Shown: positions 22,522-32,344 of the stretch, piece by piece
How the letters are laid out: each line of letters begins with the position of its first letter
Position numbering within the stretch: position 1 is the first letter of the stretch
Assembly (NCBI GenBank): GCA_963774265.1
Contig: CAVZDU010000001.1
Span: 736,001 to 800,000 of the forward strand
Direction: 5' to 3'
Origin: an uncultured Chloroflexia bacterium
GTDB lineage: Bacteria > Chloroflexota > Anaerolineae > CG2-30-64-16
DNA length: 64,000 nucleotides
The notes under the pieces: model-generated
The model's input: only the letters and a program-made list of their open reading frames with translations
Database searches by the model: none
What the model was told of the DNA's origin: nothing
Position numbers and translations under genes: made by a program

Positions 22522-23555
22522 CAGAGCAGCCCCATCCTCTCGTCCAGGCCCAACATGATGTTCATGTTCTGCACTGCCTGGCCGGATGCACCCTTGATCA
22601 GGTTGTCGAGGGTGGCGGTCACGATCAGCAGATCGGTCCCCGGCACGAAGGTCAAACCGAGCGCACAGAAATTGGTGTAGACCGTATGCGCCAGGGTGGC
22701 AACCTGGCCCGGCTTCAGCAGGTGGATGAACGGCTCGTTCGCGTAGGCTTCCTCGTAAGACGCTCTGACGACGGCTTCGCTGATGCCGGACGGGAGTGTC
22801 ACGTAGAGGGTCGAGAGAATGCCGCGGTTCGTAGGGAGAAGGTGGGGCGAGAAGATCAGTTGGAGCGGGGCCTGGCCGTTGGTGAGTTGGCTGAGGGCGT
22901 GTAATTCCTGCTCCATCTCGACCAGGTGCCGGTGTGTCCGGCCGATGCTGTACGGGCTCATGTTCTCATTCGTTTCGACAAAGTGCGTCTTGAGGGAGAG
23001 ACCCCGGCCCGCGCCTGATACGCCCGACTTGCTGTCCGCGATGACTGCGCCCTGGAGCCAACCGGCGCTGGCCAGCGGCGCCAGGCCCAGGATGATGCTG
23101 GTCGCGTAGCAGCCTGGGTTGGCGACGAGGTGTGTCGCTTTGATCTCCGCGCGATGGAGCTCGGGCAGCCCGTAAACGGCTTCAGCCAGCCAGGTCGGTT
23201 CGTTGTGTGGGTGACCGTACCAGGTTTCGTAGGCTGCGGCGTCATGAATCCGGTAATCCGCACTGAGATCGACAACCCGTGCGCCGGCCCGCCGCGCGGC
23301 GGCCACCGGCGCCTGCGCCGTTGCGTGCGGAAGGCAGCAGAACACTACGTCCGCCGTTGCCAAGTCCGCATCAGCTGCTTTGACCAGGACCGTGTCGCCG
23401 ATGAAGGGCGGAACTGGGAAGACATCGCCGAACCGTTGGCCTGCCGAGTTCTCCGATGTCAGCCAGGCGATCTCCGCCAGGGGATGCCGCGCCAGGATCT
23501 TGAGCAACTCCAACCCGGTGTATCCGGTTGCGCCGATAATGCCGATTTTGATCAT
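22521..23555 (-). CDS. argC: N-acetyl-gamma-glutamyl-phosphate reductase
   Basis: GATGYTG, DLSADYR, YGLPE, ANPGCY, KSGVSGAGR, DNLIKGASGQAVQNMN. Confidence 0.96.
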   Translation of the reverse strand: MIKIGIIGATGYTGLELLKILARHPLAEIAWLTSENSAGQRFGDVFPVPPFIGDTVLVKAADADLATADVVFCCLPHATAQAPVAAARRAGARVVDLSADYRIHDAAAYETWYGHPHNEPTWLAEAVYGLPELHRAEIKATHLVANPGCYATSIILGLAPLASAGWLQGAVIADSKSGVSGAGRGLSLKTHFVETNENMSPYSIGRTHRHLVEMEQELHALSQLTNGQAPLQLIFSPHLLPTNRGILSTLYVTLPSGISEAVVRASYEEAYANEPFIHLLKPGQVATLAHTVYTNFCALGLTFVPGTDLLIVTATLDNLIKGASGQAVQNMNIMLGLDERMGLL

Positions 23556-23590
23556 TCTTCACCCCATGCTTCTGCATGCACTGGACCAAC

Positions 23591-23623
23591 AAAAAAACCA
23601 GCACCCGGGTCTGGGTGCTGGTT
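23591..23623 (-). terminator. Intrinsic terminator in the argC leader (putative attenuator)
   Basis: Minus strand AACCAGCACCC-loop-GGGTGCTGGTT ending in a T7 tract, about 35 nt upstream of the argC ATG and downstream of the promoter. Confidence 0.85.
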
Positions 23624-23676
23624 CGCCACGTTTCTGTCTTAGACGTTCGGCTCGCGCGAGCTCCTGCGACCGGGTG

Positions 23677-23787
23677 CTAACCCGTTCTCCTGGTGCTACG
23701 ACGACGAGGGAAGCGAAGGCTAAAAGCCAATGTATCTCCGAACGTTGGGATATGCTTCTGGTGCAACAACTCTCTGCTGCTGCCCAT
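23677..23787 (-). CDS. Putative Arg-rich leader peptide (36 aa from ATG 23787, or 17 aa from TTG 23730)
   Basis: MGSSRELLHQKHIPTFGDT-LAFSLRFPRRRSTRRTG*; Arg codons CGC, CGT CGT CGT, AGG AGA near the end; GGAG 5 nt before the TTG. Confidence 0.72.
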   Translation of the reverse strand: MGSSRELLHQKHIPTFGDTLAFSLRFPRRRSTRRTG

Positions 23788-23802
23788 CTTTTGACGGGCG
23801 AG

Positions 23803-23831
23803 AGTGTAGCACAGGTCTCAGATGGTGTCAA
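23803..23831 (-). promoter_or_regulatory. Sigma70-type promoter of the arg operon
   Basis: TTGACA (23831-23826)-17 nt-TACACT (23808-23803) with TGn extension. Confidence 0.82.
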
Positions 23832-23931
23832 ACTACCGGACCCCGCGGCTTGCGAGGCGCCGGGCACTTCAACGATCCGCAGGATCGCAAGTGCAGGGCG
23901 CCTGAGCCTCGATGCGCTTCTCTGGACAGCC

Positions 23932-24006
23932 ATGAAAACGTACAAGAACCTGTATCCACGGATTTGTGATTTCGCCAACCTGTACGCGGCGTATCGTCGG
24001 GCCGCT
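23932..24006 (+). pseudogene. N-terminal remnant of a reverse transcriptase (DGR/group II-like)
   Basis: MKTYKNLYPRICDFANLYAAYRRAA resembles the N-terminus of bacterial RTs ('LY.I..F.NL..AY..A'); similarity stops after about 25 codons and there is no YxDD. Confidence 0.6.
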
Positions 24007-24149
24007 GGCGCTGCTGCCTCTTGGGGTGATCATGTTGTTGTTGCCCGTGTTTCCGCCCTTGACTGCGCACTGAATCGGTTTCTGGCGGGCCCGCGCGAGT
24101 TGTGGCATACTTGTGTCATGGCCCGTTGCCGTGCACATGGAGGACTCGG

Positions 24150-24602
24150 ATGGTTGGCCTTGAAGCGCTACGGAAAAGCGACCTCTTTGAGGGTCTGAGC
24201 GACGACGAGCTGGCCGCCATCGCGAAAATGGCGCGCGAGGAGACCTACGATGTGGGAGCGATTATTTTTCGCGAAAACGACCCCGCGAAAAGCGTCTACA
24301 TCGTCCGTGAGGGCCGGGTCGCGATCCTGATCGACATCGGCCGGGGCAAGCAGACCGTGATCGACACGATATGTCGCAACGGCTCCTTCGGCTGGTCCGC
24401 GATGGTGCCGCCGTACATCCTGACCGGCACCGCCAAGACGATGGAGCGGACTCGGGTCATCGTCCTTACCGGCCAGGACTTGCGCGAGCTGTGCCGGATG
24501 AGCTGCAGCACCTGCTACACCATCATGGAAAAGCTGGCGACCATCATCTCCAGCCGGCTCAAGGACACCCGTTTGCAGTTGATCAGCCTGGTGTACGGTT
24601 GA
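24150..24602 (+). CDS. Stand-alone cyclic-nucleotide-binding (Crp effector) domain protein, no HTH
   Basis: LRKSDLFEGLSDDEL, IFRENDPA..VYIVREGRV, FGWSAM; 150 aa; SD GGAGG. Confidence 0.85.
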   Translation: MVGLEALRKSDLFEGLSDDELAAIAKMAREETYDVGAIIFRENDPAKSVYIVREGRVAILIDIGRGKQTVIDTICRNGSFGWSAMVPPYILTGTAKTMERTRVIVLTGQDLRELCRMSCSTCYTIMEKLATIISSRLKDTRLQLISLVYG

Positions 24603-24777
24603 TCCAAGACCGGACCTAGTGGCCGGCGTTGGCATTCCAGGCATGATAACCCACTGAAAACCTGCTTTCCTGGTGAACGCAGGTTTTTTTATGGTGTTTT
24701 TGGGTACGTCTTTGTTTACGAATTTCGTTTGTTTGCAGCGTATTTGTCACGAAAATAGGTAGCTTTTTGCTTGTCTG

Positions 24778-24806
24778 TTGACACTTGTCTGCGAACGTTA
24801 GATAAT
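24778..24806 (+). promoter_or_regulatory. Sigma70-type promoter preceded by an AT-rich tract
   Basis: TTGACA-17 nt-GATAAT, 18 nt upstream of the Lrp ATG; T-rich region 24680-24780. Confidence 0.75.
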
Positions 24807-24824
24807 TCACAACTGGAGGGACTC

Positions 24825-25364
24825 ATGGTTCACACCCTGGACGAGTGCGATCGCCAGATCATCAGCCTGCTGCAAAAGGATGGACGCGCATCGAATGTCG
24901 AGATCGCCCGGTCCTTGGGTCTGGCTGAGGGTACGGTCCGCAAGCGCCTGGAACGGCTGTTTGACCAGGGGATCATCCGCATGATGGCCGTGGCAGATCC
25001 AGCCAGGCTGGGGCTGACCGCGTCGGTTTTCATCGGCATCCAGGCCGAACTGGGCCAGTTGAACGAGGTCGCGCAAAGGTTGGCAGCTATCCCTGAGGTG
25101 CGTTGCGTCAACATCGTGACCGGCGCGTATGACATGATGATCGAAGCCGTCTTGCCCTCGGGTGAACATCTGCTTTCCTTCCTGATTGACAAGGTCTCGA
25201 CCATTCCGGGCATCAAACGGACGGAGACGAGCCATGTGATGCAGGTGGTCAAGCAGGCGTGCGATTGGGCTGTGCCGGAATTGACTACTGCACCCGCCAG
25301 CTCCGGTCGCGGTGCGACGCCGTCGGCCACTCAGGTCATGCCCGGCGCAATCGTGGTTTCCTGA
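24825..25364 (+). CDS. Lrp/AsnC-family transcriptional regulator
   Basis: LDECDRQIISLLQKDGRASNVEIARSLGLAEGTVRKRLERL HTH; VTGAYD; IPGIKRTETS. Confidence 0.93.
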   Translation: MVHTLDECDRQIISLLQKDGRASNVEIARSLGLAEGTVRKRLERLFDQGIIRMMAVADPARLGLTASVFIGIQAELGQLNEVAQRLAAIPEVRCVNIVTGAYDMMIEAVLPSGEHLLSFLIDKVSTIPGIKRTETSHVMQVVKQACDWAVPELTTAPASSGRGATPSATQVMPGAIVVS

Positions 25365-25377
25365 GGGGATACGAGCC

Positions 25378-25719
25378 ATGAACACATCTGAACGCGCCAG
25401 GCAGATCGCCACGGCGATCGAGCAGGCCAGGCACGGGTGGCCCATCGGCGCCGCGTTCACGGTGATCGTGCGCGGCGGCTGCGCCGCCTGTGACCCCGGC
25501 GCATGCCGCGAGTGCGGCCATCTGTTCACCGGCGAGATCTATACGATCGAGCACCTGACGCGGGGCAAACGAGTGCTCTGCGATAGAACTGTGCATTACC
25601 TGACCCACGGTGTCACCCGCTATGAAACCGGCTACGTCGTTCATGGCGAGGTGGTGGCCGTAGAGATTGATGTGGAGGAATTAGCGGCCTACCTGGATTT
25701 GCAGGTTGGCGTTATGTGA
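25378..25719 (+). CDS. Small hypothetical Cys/His-rich protein
   Basis: 113 aa, CAACDPGACRECGH ... CDRTVHYLTHG; SD-like GAGGGG; co-oriented between lrp and hdrC. Confidence 0.6.
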   Translation: MNTSERARQIATAIEQARHGWPIGAAFTVIVRGGCAACDPGACRECGHLFTGEIYTIEHLTRGKRVLCDRTVHYLTHGVTRYETGYVVHGEVVAVEIDVEELAAYLDLQVGVM

Positions 25720-25759
25720 TGTGTCATCGTGCGCTTTTGGATGCACGAAGAGGTGTGCC

Positions 25760-26368
25760 ATGCCGGAAAAAGCGTTCAACCTCACCCGTGAGATGCTCGA
25801 CCACTCCTTCGCCGAGACGGTCGCACCCGACCGGGAAAAACTGCTGACCTGCATCCAGTGCGGCACCTGCACCGCCTCGTGCCCCACGGCCTACGCCATG
25901 GACTACACCCCCCGCCAGTTATGGCGCCTGGTGCAGGTGGGCCTGCGCGATGAGGCGCTTCACAGCCGCACCTTCTGGCTCTGCACCAACTGTTATTCCT
26001 GTACCATCCGTTGTCCCCGCGGCATCGCCCTCACCGAGACGATGGCGGCCCTCAAACGCCTGGCTATCGCCGAGAACGTGGAGCGGCAAGGAGAAGGAGC
26101 ACGTCTCCCGCTTCTACCGGGCCTTCATGGACACCGTGCGCCGTCACGGGCGCAACTACGAACCCGAGCTGCTGCTCCGCTACTTCTTCAGCACCAATCC
26201 CCTGAGCCTGGTCGGTCAGGCGCCCCTGGGTCTGACCATGTGGCGCCACGGGCGCCTCTCGCTCGACGCCGAAGCCGAATCGGGCCCAGACCGACGTGGA
26301 GGCTATCTTCCGCAAGGCTCTTGAGGTAGATGCCCGCGCAACGCGGAGAGGAGGAGGCGCACGCATGA
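25760..26368 (+). CDS. hdrC: Heterodisulfide reductase subunit C, copy 1 (frameshifts)
   Basis: CIQCGTCTASCP and WLCTNCYSCTIRCPRGI; continuation FYRAFMDTVRRHGRNYE in another frame. Confidence 0.88.
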
Positions 26369-27245
26369 AGTACACCTATTTCCCCGGCTGTTCCCTGGAA
26401 AGCACCGCTCACGACTACGACGTCTCGGCCCGCGCGGTCATGAAGCGCGCTGGACAACGAGCTGGTCGAGCTGCCCGATTGGAACTGCTGCGGCGCGACC
26501 GGCGCCGAGGTGCTCAGCCATCTGCTCTCCGTGGCCCTGCCGGCGCGCAACCTGGCCAAGGCGCAGGCGCTGGGCGATCAGATCGTCACCACGTGCAGCT
26601 CGTGCTATTTCAACCTCTTCCGGGTCAACGCGCTCCTGGCCGCCGACCCTAACTTGCAGCACGACCTGGACGTCGTGCTCGGCGAGGTGGGTCTGCACTA
26701 CGACGGCAAGCTGCGGGTGCGCCATCTGCTCGAGCTGCTGGTGACGGACGTCGGGGTGAAGGCCATCGCCCGGCGGGCGCAGCGGCGGCTCGGCGGCATC
26801 CGCGTGGCGCCCTACTACGGCTGCCTGGTCGTCCGCCCCTACGCCGAGTTCGACGGCCCTGACCTGCCGATCTCGATGGATCGCCTGCTGACCGCGCTGG
26901 GCGCGTCGGTCGTTCCCTACGCCATGAAGACCCGCTGCTGCGGCGGCGTGCTGATGACCACACAGCCGGATATAGCCCTGAAGCTGGTGGGCGATCTGCT
27001 CGCGCCGATTCGCGACGTGGACTGCGTCGTGACCGTGTGCCCGCTGTGCCAGCTCAATCTGGAGGCCTACCAGCGCGAGGTGGCGAGATCGGCTCGGCAC
27101 GTCCGTTCACGTGCCGATCCTTTACTTCACCCAACTGCTTGGCCTGGCGTTCGCCCTGCCGGAGGAAGACTTGGAACTGAAGGCCAATCTGGGTGGAGCG
27201 GAGAAGCTGATGAAGCGGTTGGCGCAGTTAAGCGTGTGGGTCTGA
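26365..27245 (+). CDS. hdrB: Heterodisulfide reductase subunit B, copy 1 (frameshifts)
   Basis: YFPGCSL, DWNCCGA, CSSCY, YYGCL, CCGG, CPLCQLNLE, PILYFTQL. Confidence 0.9.
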
Positions 27246-27257
27246 GGAAGGTGCCGC

Positions 27258-30200
27258 ATGAGTAAAGACACTCCTGTCCGTATCGGCGTCTACGTCTGCC
27301 ACTGCGGCTCCAACATCGCCGGCACGGTGGATGTCTTCGACGCGGCCGCGTACGCGGCCACGCTGCCGAACGTTGTCGTTGCGCGCGAGTACAAATACAT
27401 GTGCTCCTCCACCGGCCAGGACGTGATCAAGCGCGACATCGCGGAGTTCGGCCTGAACCGGGTAGTCGTGGCCTCGTGTTCCCCGCGCATGCACGAGCCG
27501 ACATTCCGCGCTGCGCTGGCAGAGGCCGGCCTCAACCCCTACTTGCTGGCGATGGCCAACATCCGCGAGCACTGCTCCTGGATCACCAAGAACAAGGCGG
27601 TAGGCACGGCCAAGGCCAAGACTCTGATCTCCGGCGCGGTGCACCGCGTGGCCTGGCAGGAGCCGCTGACCGAGCGCGAGGTGCCTGTGACGCCGGTTTC
27701 GCTGGTCGTGGGCGGCGGCATCGCCGGCATCCAGGCCGCGCTGACCATTGCCGACGCTGGCTACCACGTCTTCCTGGTGGAGAAAGATACGTCCATCGGC
27801 GGGCGCATGGCCCAATTGGATAAGACCTTCCCCACCCTGGACTGCTCGGCCTGCATCTTGACGCCCAAGATGGTGCAGGTGGCCCGCCATCCCAACATCA
27901 CCCTGCTGACCAACGCTGAGGTGACGGATGTGTCGGGCTACGTCGGCAATTTCCAGGTCAAGGTGAAGCAGAAGCCGCGCTACGTGGACGTGAGCAAGTG
28001 CTCCGGCTGCGGCGAGTGCACGGTCGTCTGCCCGGTGTCAGTGCCCCACGAGTTCGACCAGCTCCTCTCCCGCCGCAAGGCGATCTACCGGCTCTTCCCG
28101 CAGGCGGTGCCGGGCGCGTTCGCCATCGACAAGCGGGGCGTCCCGCCCTGCCGCGCGGCCTGCCCGGCCGGCGTCAACGTCCAGGGCTACGTGGCGCTGA
28201 TCGGCGCCGGCAAGTACGCCGAGGCGTTGGAGCTGATCCGGCGCGAGCTGCCCTTTCCCGGCATCTGCGGCCGCGGTCTGTCCGCACCCGTGCGAGGCCG
28301 CGTGCAGTCGGGCGCAGGCCGAAGGGGCCGTGTCCATCATGGCGCTGAAGCGGTTCGTCGCCGACTGGGAACGTGAGGAGAGGCGGAGAGGTGAAGCCCC
28401 TGCAGGGGAGCAGGGGGGCGCTTCGCGCGGGCAGAGGCGCACAGGAACGAAGGGGTTATGGAGCGGGTCGCGGTGGTCGGGGCTGGACCGGCCGGGCTGG
28501 CCTGCGCCTACCAGCTTGCCAAGAAGGGCTACGGCGTCACCGTCTTTGAGGCAATGCCGGTGGCCGGCGGCATGATGGCGGTGGGCATTCCGGAATACCG
28601 CCTGCCACGCGACGTGTTGGAGTACGAGATCGAGGGCATCCGGAGGCTGAGCGTCGATATCGTCACGAACAGCGCCCTGGGCCGGAACTTCACGCTGGAC
28701 GATCTGTTCCGCCAAGGCTTCCGCGCCGTTTCCTGGGCATCGGCGCCCACCGGGGGCAGAAGCTGAAGGTGCCGGGCGAGGATCTGCCGGGCGTGGTCGA
28801 CGGGATCACTTTCCTGCGCGAGATCAGCCTGGGCCGCCAGCGCAACGGTGGGCAACGCTTGGCCAAGGTGGCCGTCATCGGTGGCGGCAACACGGCTGTG
28901 GATGCGGCCCGCTCCGCGCTACGGCTGGGCGCTGAGAAAGTGACCGTCATCTACCGGCGCAGCCGGGCCGAGATGCCCGTCAGCCCGTGGGAGCTGGCAG
29001 ATGCGGAGGCTGAAGGGGTCAAGATCGAGTACCTGGCTGCCCCGGCCCGCATCATTGGAGGCACGGGCGTCCGGGCGCTTGAGTGCATCCGCATGGAGTT
29101 AGGCGAACCGGATGAGACCGGCCGCCGCCGGCCAATGCCGATCCTCGGCAGTGAGTTCACGATCCTGGTTGACACTGTGATCACCGCAATCGGCCAGTTG
29201 CCAGAGACGAGCGCCATCGGTGGCGTGGAGCTAACCCCCTGGGGCACCATCGCAGCCGATGCAGAGACTGGTGAGACTTCCCAGCCCGGCGTCTTCGCGG
29301 GCGGTGATGCTGTGGGCGGCGCGCCAGCGACGGTCATTGATGCGGTTGCCGCGGGCAACCGGGCGGCCGAGTCCATCAGCCGCTATCTCAATGGGATGGA
29401 CTTGCGTGAGGGTCGGGTCTTTGGCGTCCAGCCGGAGCGGATCGCCAAGAAGGAAGTCAGCGAGGAGATGGCCTTCTGCCTGCGTTCCGAGATGCCGGCC
29501 GCTGCCGCCGGTTGACCGCGTACGGCAGCTTCGCCGAGGTCGAGCTGGGCCTGGACGAGGCCAGCGCGCGCCGCGAGGCCGAGCGCTGCCTGGACTGCGC
29601 CGTCTGCTCGGAGTGCCTGGAGTGCGTCAAGGCGTGCAGCCCCGCGGCCATCAATCATCGGATGCAAGAGGAGACGCTCGAGCTGGATGTTGGCACGATC
29701 ATCCTGGCGACCGGACACAAGTTCTTCGACCCTGCCGCGGTTGCAGCAGTATCACTACGGCCGCTTCCCGAACATCCTTGACAGCATGGAGTTCGAGCGC
29801 ATGTGCAATGCTTCGGGCCCCACCGGCGGCGAGATCCTGACGACCGACGGCCGGACGCCGGAGAGCATGGTCTTCATCCACTGCGTCGGCTCGCGCGACT
29901 CGCACGCCAACACCTACTGCTCACGGCTGTGCTGCATGCACGCCATGAAGCAGGCCCACCTGGCCAAGGAGCGCACTGGCGCCGATGTATATGAGCTGTA
30001 CATCGACATCCGCGCCGCAGGCAAGGGCTACGAAGAGTTCTACGAGCGGGTGCAGCGCGAGGGGGTGATCTTCATCCGCGGCCGCGGGGCCGAGGTAATC
30101 CCCATGGAAGGCAAGCTGGTGGTAAAGGCCGAGGATACCGGCCTCGGGCGTCCCATCATCTTGCCGGTGGACATCGTGGTGCTGGTGACCGGCATGGAGC

Positions 30201-30664
30201 CGCAGGCCGATACCGACCAGGTCGCGAAGACATTCCACGTGACACGGGACAAAGACGGCTTCTTTCTGGAAGCGCACCCCAAGTTGCGACCGTTCAACAC
30301 CAACACCGACGGCATCTTTCTGGCTGGCACCTGTCAGGCCCCGCGCGATATCCCCGACACCGTGGCACACGCTAACGCGGCCGCGGCCGAGGCGATGTCG
30401 CTGATGGGCCGGGGCAGGGTGGTCATCGAGCCGACCATCGCCGTGATCGACGCCGAGCTGTGCAGCGGCTGCCGCATCTGCAACAACCTGTGCGCCTACG
30501 CGGCCATCTCGTTCGACCCGGTGCGTGGCGTCAGCGAGATCAACCCCGCACTATGCAAGGGCTGCGGCACCTGCGTCGCTGCCTGCCCCTCCGGCGCGGC
30601 CCAGGCGTGTCACTACAACGATCAGCAGATCTTTGCAGAGATCGAGGGCATTCTGGCGGGATAG
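27258..30664 (+). CDS. hdrA: HdrA with an inserted GltD-like FAD/NAD(P)-binding Fe-S module (HdrL type), several frameshifts
   Basis: [40 protein letters not shown]; insert PCRAACPAG...CGR, GAGPAG, GIPEYRLP, GGGNTAVD, YRRSRAEMP, EAERCLDCAVCSEC; then HCVGSRD, CSRLCC, EAHPKLRP and a terminal ferredoxin domain. Confidence 0.88.
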
Positions 30665-30673
30665 GGGGCAACC

Positions 30674-31123
30674 ATGTCCAAGGACGGCTTCGAGCCTTGC
30701 ATCGTGGGCTTTCTCTGCAACTGGTGCAGCTATCAGGGGGCCGATATGGCCGGCACAGCGCGGGTGCAGTATCCGACCAACGTGCACGTCATCCGGGTGA
30801 ACTGCTCCGGCCGAGTGGACCCCAGCTTCATCCTCAAAGCGTTCCGCGAGGGCGCCGATGGGGTGCTAGTGGCCGGATGCCACCCCGGCGATTGCCACTA
30901 TACATCCGGCAACTACAAGGCCATGCGCCGCATGCCGCTCCTGGAACGCCTCCTGATCGACTTCGGCATCGAGCCGGCCCGCTTCCGGTTGGAGTGGGTT
31001 TCGGCCGCTGAAGGCGCTCGGTGGGCGCGAGTCGTGAGTGAGATGACGGATCAGGTGCGGCAGCTCGGCCCGCTGGGCTGGACGGTGGACGGATTGTCAA
31101 GCAAACAAGGAGAAAGACCGTGA
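30674..31123 (+). CDS. mvhD: MvhD/FlpD [2Fe-2S] subunit, copy 1
   Basis: FLCNWCSYQGAD, CSGRVDP, GCHPGDCHY, WVSAAEG. Confidence 0.95.
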   Translation: MSKDGFEPCIVGFLCNWCSYQGADMAGTARVQYPTNVHVIRVNCSGRVDPSFILKAFREGADGVLVAGCHPGDCHYTSGNYKAMRRMPLLERLLIDFGIEPARFRLEWVSAAEGARWARVVSEMTDQVRQLGPLGWTVDGLSSKQGERP

Positions 31124-31317
31124 ACAGGCCTGCTCATCTCCTGTGCCGCGTGCACATCGATTCCCCCGGCCGCGTTCCGACGCCAGCACCGACGACGGCG
31201 AAAATGATCAACACCAGGTGAAATCACCGTCCATGATTTCGGGAAACTGGGAGACGATTCCTTTGATGAAATCAGTACCTATACATTCGACACCATTTCA
31301 GAGTAGGAGGGATTAAG

Positions 31318-31545
31318 ATGCGTGCCTATGTCCTGGTCCACGTGCGTTCGGGTGAGGAGCGCGAGGTTGTGACGCTGTTGAAGGGCGTGCCGGGCATCCT
31401 GCGCGCCGATTTCACGTTCGGCCCGTACGATGTGATCTCGGAGATCGAGGTGGCGGATCTAAAGTCAGTCGGCAACCTGGTCTCTGGGACGATCCGCGCC
31501 GCGCCGGGCGTCGTCGACACGTTGACCTGCCTGGCCGTGGAGTAG
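31318..31545 (+). CDS. Stand-alone Lrp/AsnC ligand-binding (RAM) domain protein
   Basis: 75 aa MRAYVLV...TFGPYDVI...IRAAPGVVDTLTC; SD AGGAGG. Confidence 0.85.
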   Translation: MRAYVLVHVRSGEEREVVTLLKGVPGILRADFTFGPYDVISEIEVADLKSVGNLVSGTIRAAPGVVDTLTCLAVE

Positions 31546-31597
31546 CCGACCGGGTCTGGAGACAAGACCGTCGATAGCAGTGAGCCATGCGCAGACC

Positions 31598-31632
31598 CTA
31601 TACCCTAAGGGCCTCAGGCCCTTAGGGTATAG
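31598..31632. repeat. Perfect 35-bp inverted repeat (REP-like element or terminator)
   Basis: CTATACCCTAAGGGCCT-C-AGGCCCTTAGGGTATAG between the two hdr modules. Confidence 0.85.
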
Positions 31633-31653
31633 CTGTTCGGGGAGTAGGGAGTA

Positions 31654-31716
31654 TTGACAATCGCTATCTTTTGCGTAATGATTTATGATATAGTAGCTGT
31701 TTATATTCCTTACAAT
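31654..31716 (+). promoter_or_regulatory. Probable promoter region of the second hdr/mvh module
   Basis: TTGACA at 31654 in an AT-rich island with several -10-like hexamers (TATGAT, TACAAT); exact pairing ambiguous. Confidence 0.5.
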
Positions 31717-31764
31717 ACGATCACCCACTGTGGGGATGCCTGACCTGCACGAAGGAGTTGCGCC

Positions 31765-32344
31765 ATGGCAGAAACCCCGACGCCTGCGCCTGAATCGTTC
31801 ACTTTCCTGGACGAAGTTGAAGCCCTGACACCGGGTGGGTCACGGCTACTGATGTGCATCCAGTGCGGCACGTGCGGCGGCTCGTGTCCCTCCGGCGCCG
31901 ACATGCAGCATACGCCCCGTCACATCTTCGCCATGATCCGCGCCGATATGCGCGAGGAGGTCCTCAGCAGCAACACCCCCTGGTACTGCGTGTCGTGCTA
32001 CTACTGCACGGTCCGCTGCCCCCAAGACGTCCACATCACCGACATCATGTATACGCTCAAACGCATGGCCGTCGCAAGGCCAGTTGTATGACCACCCGGC
32101 CGCGCCCGATTTCTCCAAGGTGTTCATCAACTGGGTTGAGAACTACGGCCGCGCCTTCGAGCTGGGGTTGATGTCGCAGCACATGTTGCGGCACAACCCG
32201 CTGGGCGTGTTCAAGATCGCAGACATGGGCCTCGGCATGGTCAGTAAGGGGCGCATGGCGTTCACACCCAAGCGCATCCGGGGCATCCAGGGCCTGAAGG
32301 CGATCATCGCCAAGGCCAAAGAGCTGGAGGTGGTGCATGAGTAG
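31765..32344 (+). CDS. hdrC: Heterodisulfide reductase subunit C, copy 2 (frameshift near 32075)
   Basis: CIQCGTCGGSCP, WYCVSCYYCTVRCPQ; C-terminal half in ORF 32084-32344. Confidence 0.9.

Noticed and set aside
23591-23800. Arg T-box in the argC leader
   Set aside because: GTGGCGAACC does not fit UGGNACC with flanking antiterminator helices, and no stem I motif set was found. The leader-peptide model fits better.
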